Assembly: GCA_965644295.1 (NCBI GenBank)
Contig: CBFFRP010000218.1
Coordinates: 1 to 64,000 of the forward strand
Direction of reading: 5' to 3'
Length of the DNA: 64,000 nt
DNA from: Paraphysomonas bandaiensis
Lineage: Eukaryota; Protista; Chrysophyceae
Shown here: in pieces, positions 10,173 through 23,100 of the stretch
Layout: the number at the start of each line of letters is the position of its first letter
Position numbering within the stretch: the stretch's first letter is position 1
Made by a program: the position numbers and the translations under genes
Notes under the pieces: generated by a model
What the model saw: only the letters and a program-made list of their open reading frames with translations
What the model was told of the DNA's origin: nothing
Database searches by the model: none

Positions 10173-13100
10173 ATGGGGGAAAGTAAGAGAAGCAAAATAA
10201 AAGCAGCTCCTCAAATAGAGGAATTGTTAGCTGCTTCGGGTTCTTCGTCTAAAAAGACGAAAAGAGAGAGAGAATCCTCTCGAAAACGAGCAAGAGATGC
10301 AACAACATCATCTCAAATGCAATCTTCTCCTCAAACTGAAACATCAGTAGAGGCGGAAGGAGAATTGAGTGGAGTATCATTTCGTGAGCTCTCTTCTTCT
10401 CAACCAAAGAGAAAGAAGCAAAGGAGTGGAGATCCGCACCCCAACAGGAGTGAGCGCATTGACTTGAATGAAGTCATTGCAACGGAATCCACTCCACATG
10501 AAGTAATCAATACCGACTCTATTCCCTACTTAGGTAGTGTGCAAGATGAGGATATCATCGAATTTTGTGAAAATCTCTCGAAAAGAGATCCTAAAGGGAC
10601 AAAATTCATAAGGTCAGAAATCATGGCACCAACAGTGCGTGATATGCTTCAGTTTCAGCGACAGCAGGATTTTGGAGATGAGTCTGACGAGGACTGGCTA
10701 GATCCTAACATTGTAACTACTGAGGAATTGATTCAGTGGTTAAAGCAAGCCTTTCTAGAGGAAGAGGAGCGATACTCTGATACATTGGAGCCTCTTCCTA
10801 GGTTCATAGATAATATCATTGGACCAAAAGTTAAGGTGGATATTCATGTTCCTAAAGTATTCTTAAAAGAATATGGACGTCTGAATGAGCTTTATAAGCT
10901 CATTCCGGAGGCAAGTCTCACAGAGGTAGCCTCGGATACCATAGTCAAAACCCTCAAGAAAAACATCAAACTTGTGGGCGGACATTCCTTCAGAAAGGAT
11001 GCCAAAGAGAAATTTATAGCGGATATAGGCCAAGGTCAATCTGCACCAAAAGATTTCGGAGCATTCTGTAGAAAGGTGCGAGAGCTTAACAATGACTATA
11101 GTCAAGCTGTGAGAAAAGTAAAGAGGATGGAAACTAAATTGGATTCCAAAGAAACGTCTAAGTCTAACAAGTCTAAGACTACAAAAACTTCATCCTCCAG
11201 CTCATCCTCAAGTACTAAAGCAACAACTGATACTAAGGAAGCATGTTGGATATGCGGTAATCTTCATAAAGGTGACTGCACCCGCAAAACCTGTGCATGG
11301 GCTAACCATGAAAAGAAGCCATGGAAAGATTCCACACAGGGCAAAAAATATGCGGCTATGGGTTGGAGTACCTGCCCTTATGTGGAGAATCCTGATGGTC
11401 CTCCGAGATCGAGAACAAGTAAGTTATCATGCCCTAAGTGTTTATATATAAATGCTATTGACATGAATAATGATATGCTCGATGTCTTTGTATGTCCTAA
11501 AGCTGATGTCAATGTACAACAGGTAAAGGAAAATCTAAGGGCTAAAGCCTTATTGGACACGGGGGCTACTGGGAATAATTTCATTAACCAAGAACTTGCT
11601 GATATGTTAGTTGCTAGGTATAATATTCCATTGCACGAGTGTAACATTAAAATTTGTAGTGCGCTTGATAATGCTTGTTGTAGTAGCAAGCAATATATGA
11701 TAATAACTATAAGATTAACTGATGAGTATAACAATACTCTTGATATTGAGTTGCAATGTTTGATAATAGATAGCACCTTTGATATCATAATTGGTAGAGA
11801 AACTATCAAGAAATATAGATTAGTTGATCATTTTCCATCTCACTTTATGGAAAGAGAGTTAGCAGGGAAAATGCTAGCTACGGCCGCGGGCCATGCTGAG
11901 AAGACTCAGCTTCTCTCGGAACATATTAGTGAGAGAGCCACATGTTATAATAACATGGAAACATTAAGGCGCCAAGCTAAGGAACACCTTAGTTATAATA
12001 ATAATTTACTTACAAGTAATAGCTTGGTTAGTACTATGTATTCACCTCCAATATCATCCATGCGTATAAGTGCATATGAAAAGGAAGATATAGGCGAGAT
12101 TAGAGATAACTATCTGGAGTCAATCCCAGAAGAAATAGTTACAAATACTCAGGAAAAAGTAGAAGGTACTACGTTACCAAATAAAATCTCTGGTCCCGAA
12201 TCTTTACAAAGGAGGGTGAGAGAAATCCATGAAATCTATAAGGATAGATTTAAAACCACAGTGTCGGAGATGCCAATGGATGTTCCACCTTCTTTTGAAT
12301 TAGAGGTAGATAGGGATGCCTGGGAACAACCAAAACATTGTGGTCCGCCACGAAAGATGGATCGAGTACGACAGTATGCTTGTAAAAAGCAAATCGATAC
12401 ATTTGTGGAGCATGGAATAATACAACCAAGTACGGCTCCTTATTATAGCCAGGTATTATTAGTTCCCAAACCAAATGATAAATGGCGATTCTGTGTAGAC
12501 TATAAAGGTCTAAACAAGCACACACAGAGGGAACGTTGGCCAATACCTAACATCAAAGAAATGTTAGAACGTATTGGGTCTAAGAAACCCAAATACTTCA
12601 TAATTCTGGATTTAGTATCTGGTTATTACCAGGCTAAAATTTCAGAGTACTCGAGGAAGTGGACGGCATTTATAACCTTCTGGGGAGTATTCGAATGGCT
12701 CCGACTACCCATGGGTTTGAGTGGTGCTCCATCATACTTTCAACGAGTATTAACAACAATTGTGCTTGCCGGGTTGATTATGTTCATATGTGAATTATAT
12801 CTAGATGACCTGATTATATATGCTTCTACAGAAGATGAACTAATTGAAAATTACGTTAAAGTTCTAGAACGCTTCAGGAAATACAATGTTTACATTAATC
12901 CTGAGAAAGTGAAAATAGGAGAGTCCGAAGTACAATATGTAGGACATACTCTAAATGAGGAAGGGTTACACTTTACTAGAGAACGTCTGGATAGTGTATT
13001 AAATTTCCCAAAGCCTGAAACTATGAAGGGTCTAAAATCTTTCCTCGGATTGGCAAATTATTTTCGGGATCACGTGCACAACCACTCCTTAGTGGTGAGA

Positions 13101-13646
13101 CCGTTAAATAAAATGCTTCTCAACTATCATAGACGTAAACGTCTACAATGGACAGAGGATGCCAATGAAGCATTTGAAAAGATCAAATTGATGATCCATG
13201 AATGTCCAACATTATTTTTCATTGATGACGAGTCACCAATATATTTATTGACCGATGCATCTGATTATGGAATAGGAGCATACCTCTACCAAGTAGTAGA
13301 TGGTGTAGAACGTCCAATAGGATTTCTCAGTAAAACATTCGATGAAAGAATGATGAATTGGGATACACCTCAGAAAGAAGGATATGCTATATACTATGCC
13401 TTAGATAAATGGGACTACCTATTAAGGTATAGATACTTTACGATCAAAACAGATCATAAAAATATTACTCAGTTGAGAACTGATTACGCTAAGGATAAGA
13501 AAGTTCAGCGATGGTTGAAATGTTTCCAAGCATATGATTATGATCTATGTGATATTAAAGGATCTGATAATGTTGTTGCTGATGCATTTAGTAGACTATG
13601 TGCATTAGAATCTAAAATGGAAACAAAAATTAATGTGCTTCCCTAA
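10173..13646 (+). CDS. Gypsy Gag-protease-RT-RNase H
   Basis: CWICGNLHKGDC knuckle, LLDTGA protease, WRFCVDY, YLDD, RNase H TDASDYGIGA and ADAFSR. Confidence 0.94.
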   Translation: MGESKRSKIKAAPQIEELLAASGSSSKKTKRERESSRKRARDATTSSQMQSSPQTETSVEAEGELSGVSFRELSSSQPKRKKQRSGDPHPNRSERIDLNEVIATESTPHEVINTDSIPYLGSVQDEDIIEFCENLSKRDPKGTKFIRSEIMAPTVRDMLQFQRQQDFGDESDEDWLDPNIVTTEELIQWLKQAFLEEEERYSDTLEPLPRFIDNIIGPKVKVDIHVPKVFLKEYGRLNELYKLIPEASLTEVASDTIVKTLKKNIKLVGGHSFRKDAKEKFIADIGQGQSAPKDFGAFCRKVRELNNDYSQAVRKVKRMETKLDSKETSKSNKSKTTKTSSSSSSSSTKATTDTKEACWICGNLHKGDCTRKTCAWANHEKKPWKDSTQGKKYAAMGWSTCPYVENPDGPPRSRTSKLSCPKCLYINAIDMNNDMLDVFVCPKADVNVQQVKENLRAKALLDTGATGNNFINQELADMLVARYNIPLHECNIKICSALDNACCSSKQYMIITIRLTDEYNNTLDIELQCLIIDSTFDIIIGRETIKKYRLVDHFPSHFMERELAGKMLATAAGHAEKTQLLSEHISERATCYNNMETLRRQAKEHLSYNNNLLTSNSLVSTMYSPPISSMRISAYEKEDIGEIRDNYLESIPEEIVTNTQEKVEGTTLPNKISGPESLQRRVREIHEIYKDRFKTTVSEMPMDVPPSFELEVDRDAWEQPKHCGPPRKMDRVRQYACKKQIDTFVEHGIIQPSTAPYYSQVLLVPKPNDKWRFCVDYKGLNKHTQRERWPIPNIKEMLERIGSKKPKYFIILDLVSGYYQAKISEYSRKWTAFITFWGVFEWLRLPMGLSGAPSYFQRVLTTIVLAGLIMFICELYLDDLIIYASTEDELIENYVKVLERFRKYNVYINPEKVKIGESEVQYVGHTLNEEGLHFTRERLDSVLNFPKPETMKGLKSFLGLANYFRDHVHNHSLVVRPLNKMLLNYHRRKRLQWTEDANEAFEKIKLMIHECPTLFFIDDESPIYLLTDASDYGIGAYLYQVVDGVERPIGFLSKTFDERMMNWDTPQKEGYAIYYALDKWDYLLRYRYFTIKTDHKNITQLRTDYAKDKKVQRWLKCFQAYDYDLCDIKGSDNVVADAFSRLCALESKMETKINVLP

Positions 13647-15013
13647 TTCCCGATATTAAAGTTCCAAACAAGGAATGGGAAATTATTAAAAGATTTCATA
13701 ACAATGTTACAGGTCATCATGGTATTGATCGTACAATACAAAAATTACGAGACAATGGTCATAAATGGTCAAAGCAAGGGGCACATGTGACAAAATTTAT
13801 TAAAACTTGTCCTTGTTGTCAAAAGATGAGTAGAATTAAACCAATAATTAATGCTCATCCCTTTACTGTCTCAACATATGGCCCGATGCAAAGAATAGCA
13901 GTGGATTTTATTCAGAGTCTGCATCCAGATGAGGATGGATACACTAATATATTAGTGATTATCGATTCTTTTTCTAGGTGGGTAGAATTAATCCCTACTA
14001 AGAATCTCACTGCCATGGCGGCGGCAAAGGGATTGCTTCAACACCTGGGTAGATATGGAGCACCTATTGAGATTCATTCGGATCTTGGACCAGCATTTGT
14101 GGATGATTTAACAAAATCATTGATAGAAATGGTTGGAAGTAATCAATCATTTTCGATGGCGTATTCTAAAGAAGAAAATGCTATAGTTGAACGTGCTAAT
14201 AAAGAAATTTTAAGGCACTTAAGGAATATTATATTTGATAAAAATGTACTAAATAATTGGTCAATGTATCTACCTTTAGTACAAAGAATTATGAATTCTT
14301 CTAAACATAGAAGCACCGGCGTTACTCCCGCTAGTATTCTATTTGGGAATGCAGTAGATTTAGATAAAAGTTTATTCATTGAACACAATGAGTACTTGGA
14401 CGGGAATGAACAAAAGCTATCACATTGGATAGATAGAATACAAAAGGTTCAGTCCACTATTATGGATATTGCAAGACGAAATCTTCGCAAACATGATGAA
14501 ATCCACATGGCAACTGCACCAAATATACAAACAAAAGAATTTCCAATAAATTCTTATGTGTTAGTTGAGCATAGACAAAATGCTTTACGTCCTGGACCGG
14601 CAAGTAAGTTATTACCATATCTTAAAGGTCCAATGCGAGTAGTCAATGTTATTGGAGATAAATATACTCTTCAAGATATTGTTACTAAACGTAATAAAGA
14701 CTATCATATAAAGAAATTAAGGGAATTTAATTACGATCCCTCTACTATTGACCCCTTACAAGTGGCATGTAAAGATGGTGGAAACTTTTATGCTATTGAC
14801 CATATTTCAAAAATAAAAGGTCGAGCTAAAGGTCCGAAAAGTCAAATAAAATTTCTAGTACATTGGATAGGGTATGAAAAACCTACATGGGAACCATGGG
14901 CTAACGTTAGAAAAACGTATGCTCTACAAAATTTCCTAACTCAACATCCTGATGAAAATGTAAGAAATTTACTACCTCGAAATGTTGTTTATTCTTCTGA
15001 TGAAGAAGATTAA
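13643..15013 (+). CDS. Gypsy integrase + chromodomain, in the -1 frame relative to the upstream ORF
   Basis: The frame is open upstream of the listed ORF and includes the HHCC finger (FHNNVTGHHG...CPCC). Also DDE core (AVDF, HSDLG, VERAN), GPM motif and chromodomain FLVHWIGY...TWEP. Confidence 0.9.
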   Translation, partial: LIPDIKVPNKEWEIIKRFHNNVTGHHGIDRTIQKLRDNGHKWSKQGAHVTKFIKTCPCCQKMSRIKPIINAHPFTVSTYGPMQRIAVDFIQSLHPDEDGYTNILVIIDSFSRWVELIPTKNLTAMAAAKGLLQHLGRYGAPIEIHSDLGPAFVDDLTKSLIEMVGSNQSFSMAYSKEENAIVERANKEILRHLRNIIFDKNVLNNWSMYLPLVQRIMNSSKHRSTGVTPASILFGNAVDLDKSLFIEHNEYLDGNEQKLSHWIDRIQKVQSTIMDIARRNLRKHDEIHMATAPNIQTKEFPINSYVLVEHRQNALRPGPASKLLPYLKGPMRVVNVIGDKYTLQDIVTKRNKDYHIKKLREFNYDPSTIDPLQVACKDGGNFYAIDHISKIKGRAKGPKSQIKFLVHWIGYEKPTWEPWANVRKTYALQNFLTQHPDENVRNLLPRNVVYSSDEED

Positions 15014-15927
15014 TAACAAAGTTTACAGAATTGAGTGTCAATATAACACATTAACACATCAATTATAAGGGGAGGTAGTGTAGGACTATCCACTTACATA
15101 TAGAATATAATATATACGTGTACATGTCCTGTATTATATGATTAGTAGTACAGTACTGTATTGTATACGTGTACCATGTAGTTAGGAATACAAACTGTAG
15201 GGAATGTGATTGTTGTTGGGATTAGCAATAGCCGTTGATATTGTAGACAGTATAATTAGCCGTTGATATTGTAGACAGTATTATTCATGATTCATTATAC
15301 GATAATAATCATTATTTTGTACTTCTGTACTTGGGTATTGCTTTGCACACATACACATATGTATGCAAGCCCACATTACTTTTGTTAACTCATTAGGAAA
15401 CCGCATATAGACCAGTTCCTGGGCCTTCATCTCTGCAGTAGTAGCCTTGCAGCGGCTACGCCCACCCTTCAATTTACTATACGAGGTGATGTAATATATA
15501 CATATAAGTTTTATATATGAAGGCTATGTATGATATTGTTATTCCACATTAGCTATCAAGTCGCTGGAAGTCTAGCTCTGGATGGGGCACCACCGTTGGC
15601 CAGTGTTGGCTACATGCGCATTACACCCTAAGAGCACTACTCTCAATCCAAAAACAATAACACAAGTCACTCTGCGGTATGTGATGACCTTAAACCGAGA
15701 CAACTACTGATGACAAAGATACACAAGGCATATATGGGAACTAGTTTACCTAAATATATATTGATAAGAACAGCGTAATGAACCTGCATCTGAACTCTCT
15801 CCTTCATACTCCTGTCCGGATGGATACTGTATCCAGATATGCATCATATCATCTCGTGTAGTACAGTATTACTGACGGTAGTACAACAGACACCGAAATG
15901 AAACCTCCAAAAAGCCTTTTTTTGCAG

Positions 15928-18900
15928 TGTTAGCTTTGGACATTTCACTGAAGTTAACTTTGCTCTACACGTAAACCGTAACCTTGCTGTTGAACACAAT
16001 GCACTTTCAAGTAAGAAATTATAATTATTATTCTGAACACTTCACTACATATTCGTGTAACATATGTTGAAACATCTGTTCCCAGCAACACCTGTTTATC
16101 ATATGTTCATCAGTCAGTTCTATATCTTGTATAGTCACACATCAGTAACTGAATTTAATTCCTTTGTAACTATAATCACCCGTTACACCTATGAGTTGAC
16201 TTTACCTATTGCACACTGTTAACTCACTTCAATTGCACAATATATATCACATCATATTGCAGAACTCAACACTCCCACTCAATTGGATGTAGTTAACCAT
16301 TCTAAAATATGTGAAGAACATTGCTATCGGATACGCAACCACCGAACCTCATAGGACACTGGTGGACGTATGACTCCGCTGGTATAGCTAGCTCCCACCA
16401 TTCAGTAACACCTAACTAGGTACGACGAGCTCTCTTTACCTTGGGTACCTCTGCGATAATTTGTTCAGTAGTCTTAAATTTTTCCCCAAGATTTCGCTCC
16501 CTCTGTTCAATGAATATTGGACCTCTCAAAGCCTTGGTATATATATCAGCCATCTGTTGTCGACTGCTCACATGAATTAATTTCGCTGTATTAAACTGTT
16601 CGGGATCCACATGCTCTCTAATCATATGATACTTAATCTCAATATGTTTCGATCGTTGATGTTGCACTGGATTTTCCGATATATCCTGAGCACTTTGACT
16701 ATCCAGGAATAATGGTGTGGGCTCGTCAATTTTCAATCCTACTTCACCAGTCACCCCCCGAGACCATATCATTTCCTGTAATCCATTATATAAGCATTGA
16801 TACTCTGCTTGCATAGTCGATGTAGCTACAGTAGACTGAAGTTTGGAACCCCACGATAGTGGTCCACCAGCTCCAAACATAACATAACCTGAAGTTGATC
16901 TCCTCGTCAACGGATCGCCTGCCCAGTCAGCATCAGTGAACATATGAAGATCAAAATCTCTCCCTCTATAATGAATGCCTTTATCTGTAGTACCTCGTAC
17001 ATACTGCATTAAATACATCAGGAGCTTACATACAGTGATATTAACTTTCGTTGAGAATCGTGACAATACTCCCACTGCATATGAGATATCCGGCCTTGTA
17101 TTCATAGATAAATAGAGTAACGCTCCTAGGAGTGGACGATAGGGAAAATTATCAACTAACTTCTGCTCCTCAGCTGAATGCACATGTTCCACTCCCACTT
17201 TGACATCACTAGGTAGTGGGTATAGCCGCGTCTTGTCCCTTGCACCCAGAAAATCCACATACTTCACCAATATCTTTTTGATGAACACTGTCTGGTCAAG
17301 TTTGAGACAATTCGGAGTTCTCGTCACTCTCACGTTCAAAAAAACTGGCCACTCTCATTCATATCTGTAATATCAAACCTTTCACATACTCGTCGCTTAA
17401 TTTCCAAAATAATATTCGTATCTCGACATGCTCTCAGCATATTATCATCATGACTGTGGTGAGCTTCGAAGACCATATAAACTTTTCTTCAGTTTAAAGC
17501 AATATCCTGGTGGCAATTTGAAATCTGCTGGTGTTGCATACTTATACACACATCTCCTTTTATATCTGCATATACAAGAATGCATTAGATACGTCGAGTT
17601 GATGCACCACCATATTCATAACAAACGCGATAGCTAATAGCAATCTTACTGTTACCGCTTTTACCCCTGGAGTATAATTGTTGGCTCTACCAACCTCATG
17701 GCCTCCGCATCCAAGTACCACAAGTCTTGCTTTCTATCGTGGAATCGCACCCTCCTTGTTGCGTTTCAAAGCAAAGACATACTCAGGATTCCAATTGCAG
17801 TGACACTGGGGTAGGGATGATGGGCTTAACTTCCATTACTTCCCTTCGTTCCAGTCTGTCACGCTCAGCCTGTCTTGCTGTCAATGGAGTGACACTGGGG
17901 TAGGTATGGGCTTAACTTCCATTACTTCCCTTCGTTCCAGTTCGTCACATTCAGCCTGGCTGAACTCCATTGCTTCCGTTCCGGCAACTCCAAGGATTCG
18001 GAATATGTCTGAGGCACCTTAGGTCCCGCTGACGAGCACCAGATGGAATCTGCCTCCTCTAGTAGGCTGCACTCCACTTCGTCACACGAAGGTAATACGT
18101 GCTTCTCCCCTACTACTGACACATTCGTCACCACCCTTGGAGCCCTTGTGCGCCTGCCCCTAGTTGAGCGATCTGATGGAGCTTCCTCTCCCGGAGCACT
18201 TACGAAGTCAGAAGGGGATGGAACCGTCCCAGTCAACTGCTGTAATAAATGTCCGCTGGTCCCGTCGTCACGAGATCCAGAACTAGCAGATACTCTTGTC
18301 ACAAGGTCTTCACTCATCCGCGATGATGTGAATAGGAGTCTTAACTTCCAGTTGCTCCTCACCACCTGACATCAGGGATCTATATCCCACAGTTAGACCT
18401 CTTTCCGAATCTATATTCGCGTGGTCTTGTTGTACAGTTGGCCGCCATCTTCACATGGGTTTTGTCGATAACACTCCTCCCTGAGGAACCACTGCCACCG
18501 TGGCTTAGTCCATTTCTCGGTAGTAATCAGCCGATCTCTAGGGCACTGATACATCAAACAGGGCATGAACAGACGTGACTATTGTATCTCCTACTATCAA
18601 CACTTGATACCCCATCTGCTCGTTGGGAAACCCACAAAATATCCTGTTTGTGCCTTTTCCTCCCAGTCTTTCCGTCTATCGGCCTTCGGGACTAATACAT
18701 ACGCCTTGCACCCCCATTTCCTCTCAACCAGGATAACTCGGGCACCTTTCCTCCCAGGAACACACTCATAAGGCAACATCCACTAACTTTACTGTCCTCC
18801 TTGGCATTTTCCTCCATTACATGATGGCATGATGACGTAATAATAGGCTAATTCAAAACGTCATAATATTATATAGTGCCTCCCATGGCATTCCTCCATG

Positions 18901-20103
18901 CTCATCATAGTCTCCAGCCAGCACCTCTCTACCAGTGTTTAACTCTACAATTCTCGGTACTCTAAGTAGTTCCAATCCACACACCAGTGCCCGCAGCATT
19001 CCGCCTGAGACAATATTCTTCACCGCATCTTCACATACTTTGATGCCTTCTCTTTTGCCAGTGTTGAAAGCTTCCTACTCCTTGAGTCTCCATTGCTGAC
19101 CCCTTCTTCGTCAGAGATATGACTCCTGGCTCTGCTTCATAATATTTCTCTAGCACTCTATGAACTTTAACAACAATGAATAGCTGCTTTCCGGCACAAC
19201 TGTCTAGATACACTCGTTGGTCTACTGTTTCAGTCATAAGCACTTCACCATCAGATTCTATCTTATTGGACTCCCCTCCAGATGAGACATCATCATCTAC
19301 ATATTAGCACCATTCCGCCGATGAACTCTGTCTCTGTCTCTGTTCATGTGTATGTTCAGCACTCCTGCTCGTTATCTATGAACAGCTGCACTGCTCTGCT
19401 GCTCTGCTCAGTGTAGAAGGCAGTTTTAGTAGAAAATACATTTCAGCCTATCAATCTCTATTTCGTCCATATCATTGGCCAATATTTACAAGCTGGTATT
19501 TCGCTGTAGTCTTTTGGAGTACTACTCCCAACTCACTCCTAGACCTATCCACCAGCGTTTGAAGCATATGATTGGACAAAGCTTCCTTATTGGGATCATC
19601 ATGTGGGAGTCGCCTCCATGTATATGTTGGCACCCTCCAATACATCTGCGTCATGTTCACATGCCTCCCAAATCGTTACAACACACGTGTCGTTTCACTT
19701 GTCAAACTTCAGCACCTTGCTGTCCTCCATCGCCTCATCAGAGCTACCACTCGCTACCATGTTAGCTTTGGACATTTCACTGAAGTTAACTTTGCTCTAC
19801 ACGTAAACCGTAACCTTGCTGTTGAACACAATGCACTTTCAAGTAAGAAATTATAATTATTATTCTGAACACTTCACTACATATTCGTGTAACATATGTT
19901 GAAACATCTGTTCCCAGCAACACCTGTTTATCATATGTTCATCAGTCAGTTCTATATCTTGTATAGTCACACATCAGTAACTGAATTTAATTCCTTTGTA
20001 ACTATAATCACCCGTTACACCTATGAGTTGACTTTACCTATTGCACACTGTTAACTCACTTCAATTGCACAATATATATCACATCATATTGCAGAACTCA
20101 ACA
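15928..20103 (-). mobile_element. Non-autonomous (internally decayed) Copia element
   Basis: 344-bp TG...CA LTRs at 15928-16271 and 19760-20103, identical by eye. TSD TGCAG. PBS TGGTAGCGAG and PPT present. Gag/PR/IN/RT are fragmented (YLDSCAG, WGCKAYV remnants). Confidence 0.93.
16416..17339 (-). pseudogene. Uninterrupted Copia RT-C-terminal/RNase H frame inside the decayed element
   Basis: 307 open codons with TRPDISYAVG, FTDADWAG and KHIEIKYH. Closely similar to ORF 14-1093. Confidence 0.85.
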
Positions 20104-23100
20104 TGCAGTGATTTTTGGGATTTCATTTCTGGACCAAGAAGTTATGTGGGTCAGTATTCCAGTGTAGCAGTTGCAGTGTATACTTCCATAGGAATACGTA
20201 CTGGCATTACCCATGCTACCCTATAGGGGGGCAGTACATATCACATCAACGGAGAATGGATATTATTATATACTCGAGGTGCACGAGTGTTCATACCAGA
20301 CTCAGTGGGGAATCAATTGTGACGTGCAATACCTGGTATGCAGGGTGGTATTTACGTATACGTATATTGGATATTAGGGGTTTTGGGTTCTTGAATGCTA
20401 AAATACACTAAAGTGGCGGTATACTGTTTTTGTAATTTCTTGTCCATCACAAGAAACTGACAAACAACACATGCTGCATACTGCTTCAACAAGAGAATCA
20501 AAAAATCTCCAATAAATTTTCTCAAAACAGAATAATGCCTTAACAGCATTGTAAACATGTGCAGGTTTAAAGCAGGTTTATAATCATCAGCACTATCTTC
20601 TATTCTATATGCTGGGCTGTGATATATAATTCTTTTGAAGAGTTATTATTATTACAGTTTGGATGTATACATATATATATGCGTACATACTAACCTAGTT
20701 TCTCTCTTTCACCCACACATATATGTATAGGTTGTGACCCTTCTACAGAATATATATATATGTTGTATCCTTACCCTAATATATGGTATATATGTGTACA
20801 TGGCTCTATATTCAACCAGTGGCCTGTAAATGCACATATGTAGCTTCTACAATCACCTATAGTACGTAAACAGTGTATACGTGCTTTTCCTGCAGTCAGT
20901 GGATGTGTCTGCGGCTTCTTTACCGTTATTCTATGCCTCTGTGTGGTTCATATATCCATTTCCAATTAATGGTGACTAAGGGTTGCCATAGACCGTCTCT
21001 GTCTAGAAGAAGGACCTATATATCACCTGTCATGACTGTACGTACTGATTACATGATTTTACGGTACCTTCCATTTGATCATCACACTGTGTGGGCCCTC
21101 GTACTGATGCTGAACAGTCAATATACTATATCGCCTCGTACTCGATATCGGCGATTGAAGAAGCAGTGGTCTTTAGCGAGTACAATGGTATTGCATCTCT
21201 GGACATATTGTTCAATTTTCACGATAATCTGCTCGCTTATAAGTATGTTCGGTATGTGTGCTGCAATCACATTAAGATGGCAGTTGAGCGAGCTGCATCT
21301 CCTCTCAGCAACCGCACTGTATACCGTATACACTGTATATGATGTATTTGCAGTATTCCTCTATCGTATGTATGCGTCTATATCACTCGTAGGTATGCAG
21401 TATCAGTATACTGTACCCTACAATGTATAAATACAGGAAGCGAATACTGAACCAATGCTTTCCCTATTCTCAATGCTGATTGGTCGAGTGCCCATTATCG
21501 TTTAGATGAGCAGCAGTTGAGAGTGTATACGGCAGAGACCATACATTAATGTGTAGAGTATGAAGAAGAAGAATTCTCCAAGAATATTCATAAATATCGT
21601 CACTCCTTCGCAGAAAATTTGGATTTAGTCACTGTGTGGCTGTCAACGCCCAAGCGCATCGTCATTCTTTTTAGTTAAGCTTGTTCTCTCTTTGTTGGTT
21701 GTTGTAGCTCGTCACTTTTCTGTTTAGTACTGAACTGCATAGCTGGTGAGTTGTGCTTTAGTTTCTTGGGGTGCCGAGAAGCATTTAGTACTGCAGAAGT
21801 AGTATAGGTTAATAATAAGCAACATTCTCTCTGTTAAAGCGAGTTTTAGCTTATTTAGAGTTTGGCTCTCAGGTCCCAACCTGAGTTCCATTGCAGCTTG
21901 AGGAGGTAGGAATTTGTAGTCCTTCTATGGATTCTGTTGTGTTTAGGACTGTTCGATTGGAACGCTGTACGTTTTCTAGAACTATTTTAGAAATTCTGGA
22001 GTTTCTATGAGCTTTCTTTGCACTCTAACAACATTGCGTACTTATATGTAGAGACTGGGTACAGACACACGGTGTGTATTCTAGCAGTACACAAACATGG
22101 ACACATACAGAGCTATAAAGCTCTTGCTACCTAGAAATTGTTGTGGTGCGACATATCTAGCCGTTAGATAGTTCAATAGCGAATGGTTTGTTACTAGTTA
22201 TCAACAATCTACACTCTATACTCATAATACATGTATATACAGAACATGCGTGAGGCTGCAAATATCTGCTATAAGTACATGAATACCATATCATGATGGA
22301 CAATATTGATGATGTAAGGGTGTATCTGAACATGCTTTATTGATGAGTAATCCTTCTGTTCGCAGATAAATAAGGACCAGTCCCATTGCAACACATGTAT
22401 GTTTTATATGGAGTGTATAGTATAAGTGCAGCAGTGGTGTTAGGCATATATATATTGGTATAGAATGAGTAGTACACACGCAGTAGCAAGGTGATGCTAG
22501 TGGAATGATAAGCACGTTACTAGTGTATTATAAGGCATTTACCAACATATAGGTAATATCGCATGCACACACCGCATGATGTCCTGAATACAGAGTCTTA
22601 GACGCTCTGGAGTAGCACTTTTGTGCATTGCTCACTCCCAGTCATACATATCCTACTACCATTACTACACCATAGCCCTATAAATAAAACCAGGCCAAAT
22701 AAACTATTATATTATTTTATGTGTCTAGATTCTTTCTAACATGTTTGTAGCTTGTTTCTACCGCTCAAAACATCATATGTGTTCATTATTTACAAAATAA
22801 AATTCGATACAAGCATTATAATTACCATAATATATAACTATTAACTATAGAATATATATTATACATAATATTATAACAATATTCAACAGTTAAGTCATAA
22901 AGTCATAATTTATATAGTTAATAATGCATTCAGAATTACTCAAACATACGAGCAGTACAACTAATCCAAGATACAAACATGATTACATAGGCTGGTACTG
23001 TGGGGGATAGTTAGGTGGTTGCGTGGGAGGCGTTACCACGTGTTGCTGTGGCTGCATACTCAAGATGAAGGCCTTATACGTCTGAACCTGCAGCTCAACT

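Larger units (their letters stand above)
9827..15375 (+). mobile_element. Ty3/Gypsy LTR retrotransposon with chromodomain integrase
   Basis: 297-bp TG...CA LTRs at 9827-10123 and 15079-15375, identical by eye. 4-bp TSD TTAC. PPT AAGGGGAGGTAG at 15067-15078. Confidence 0.96.

Noticed and set aside
21832-22030. Possible solo LTR (TGTTA...TAACA)
   Set aside because: No matching TSD and no second copy in the window.
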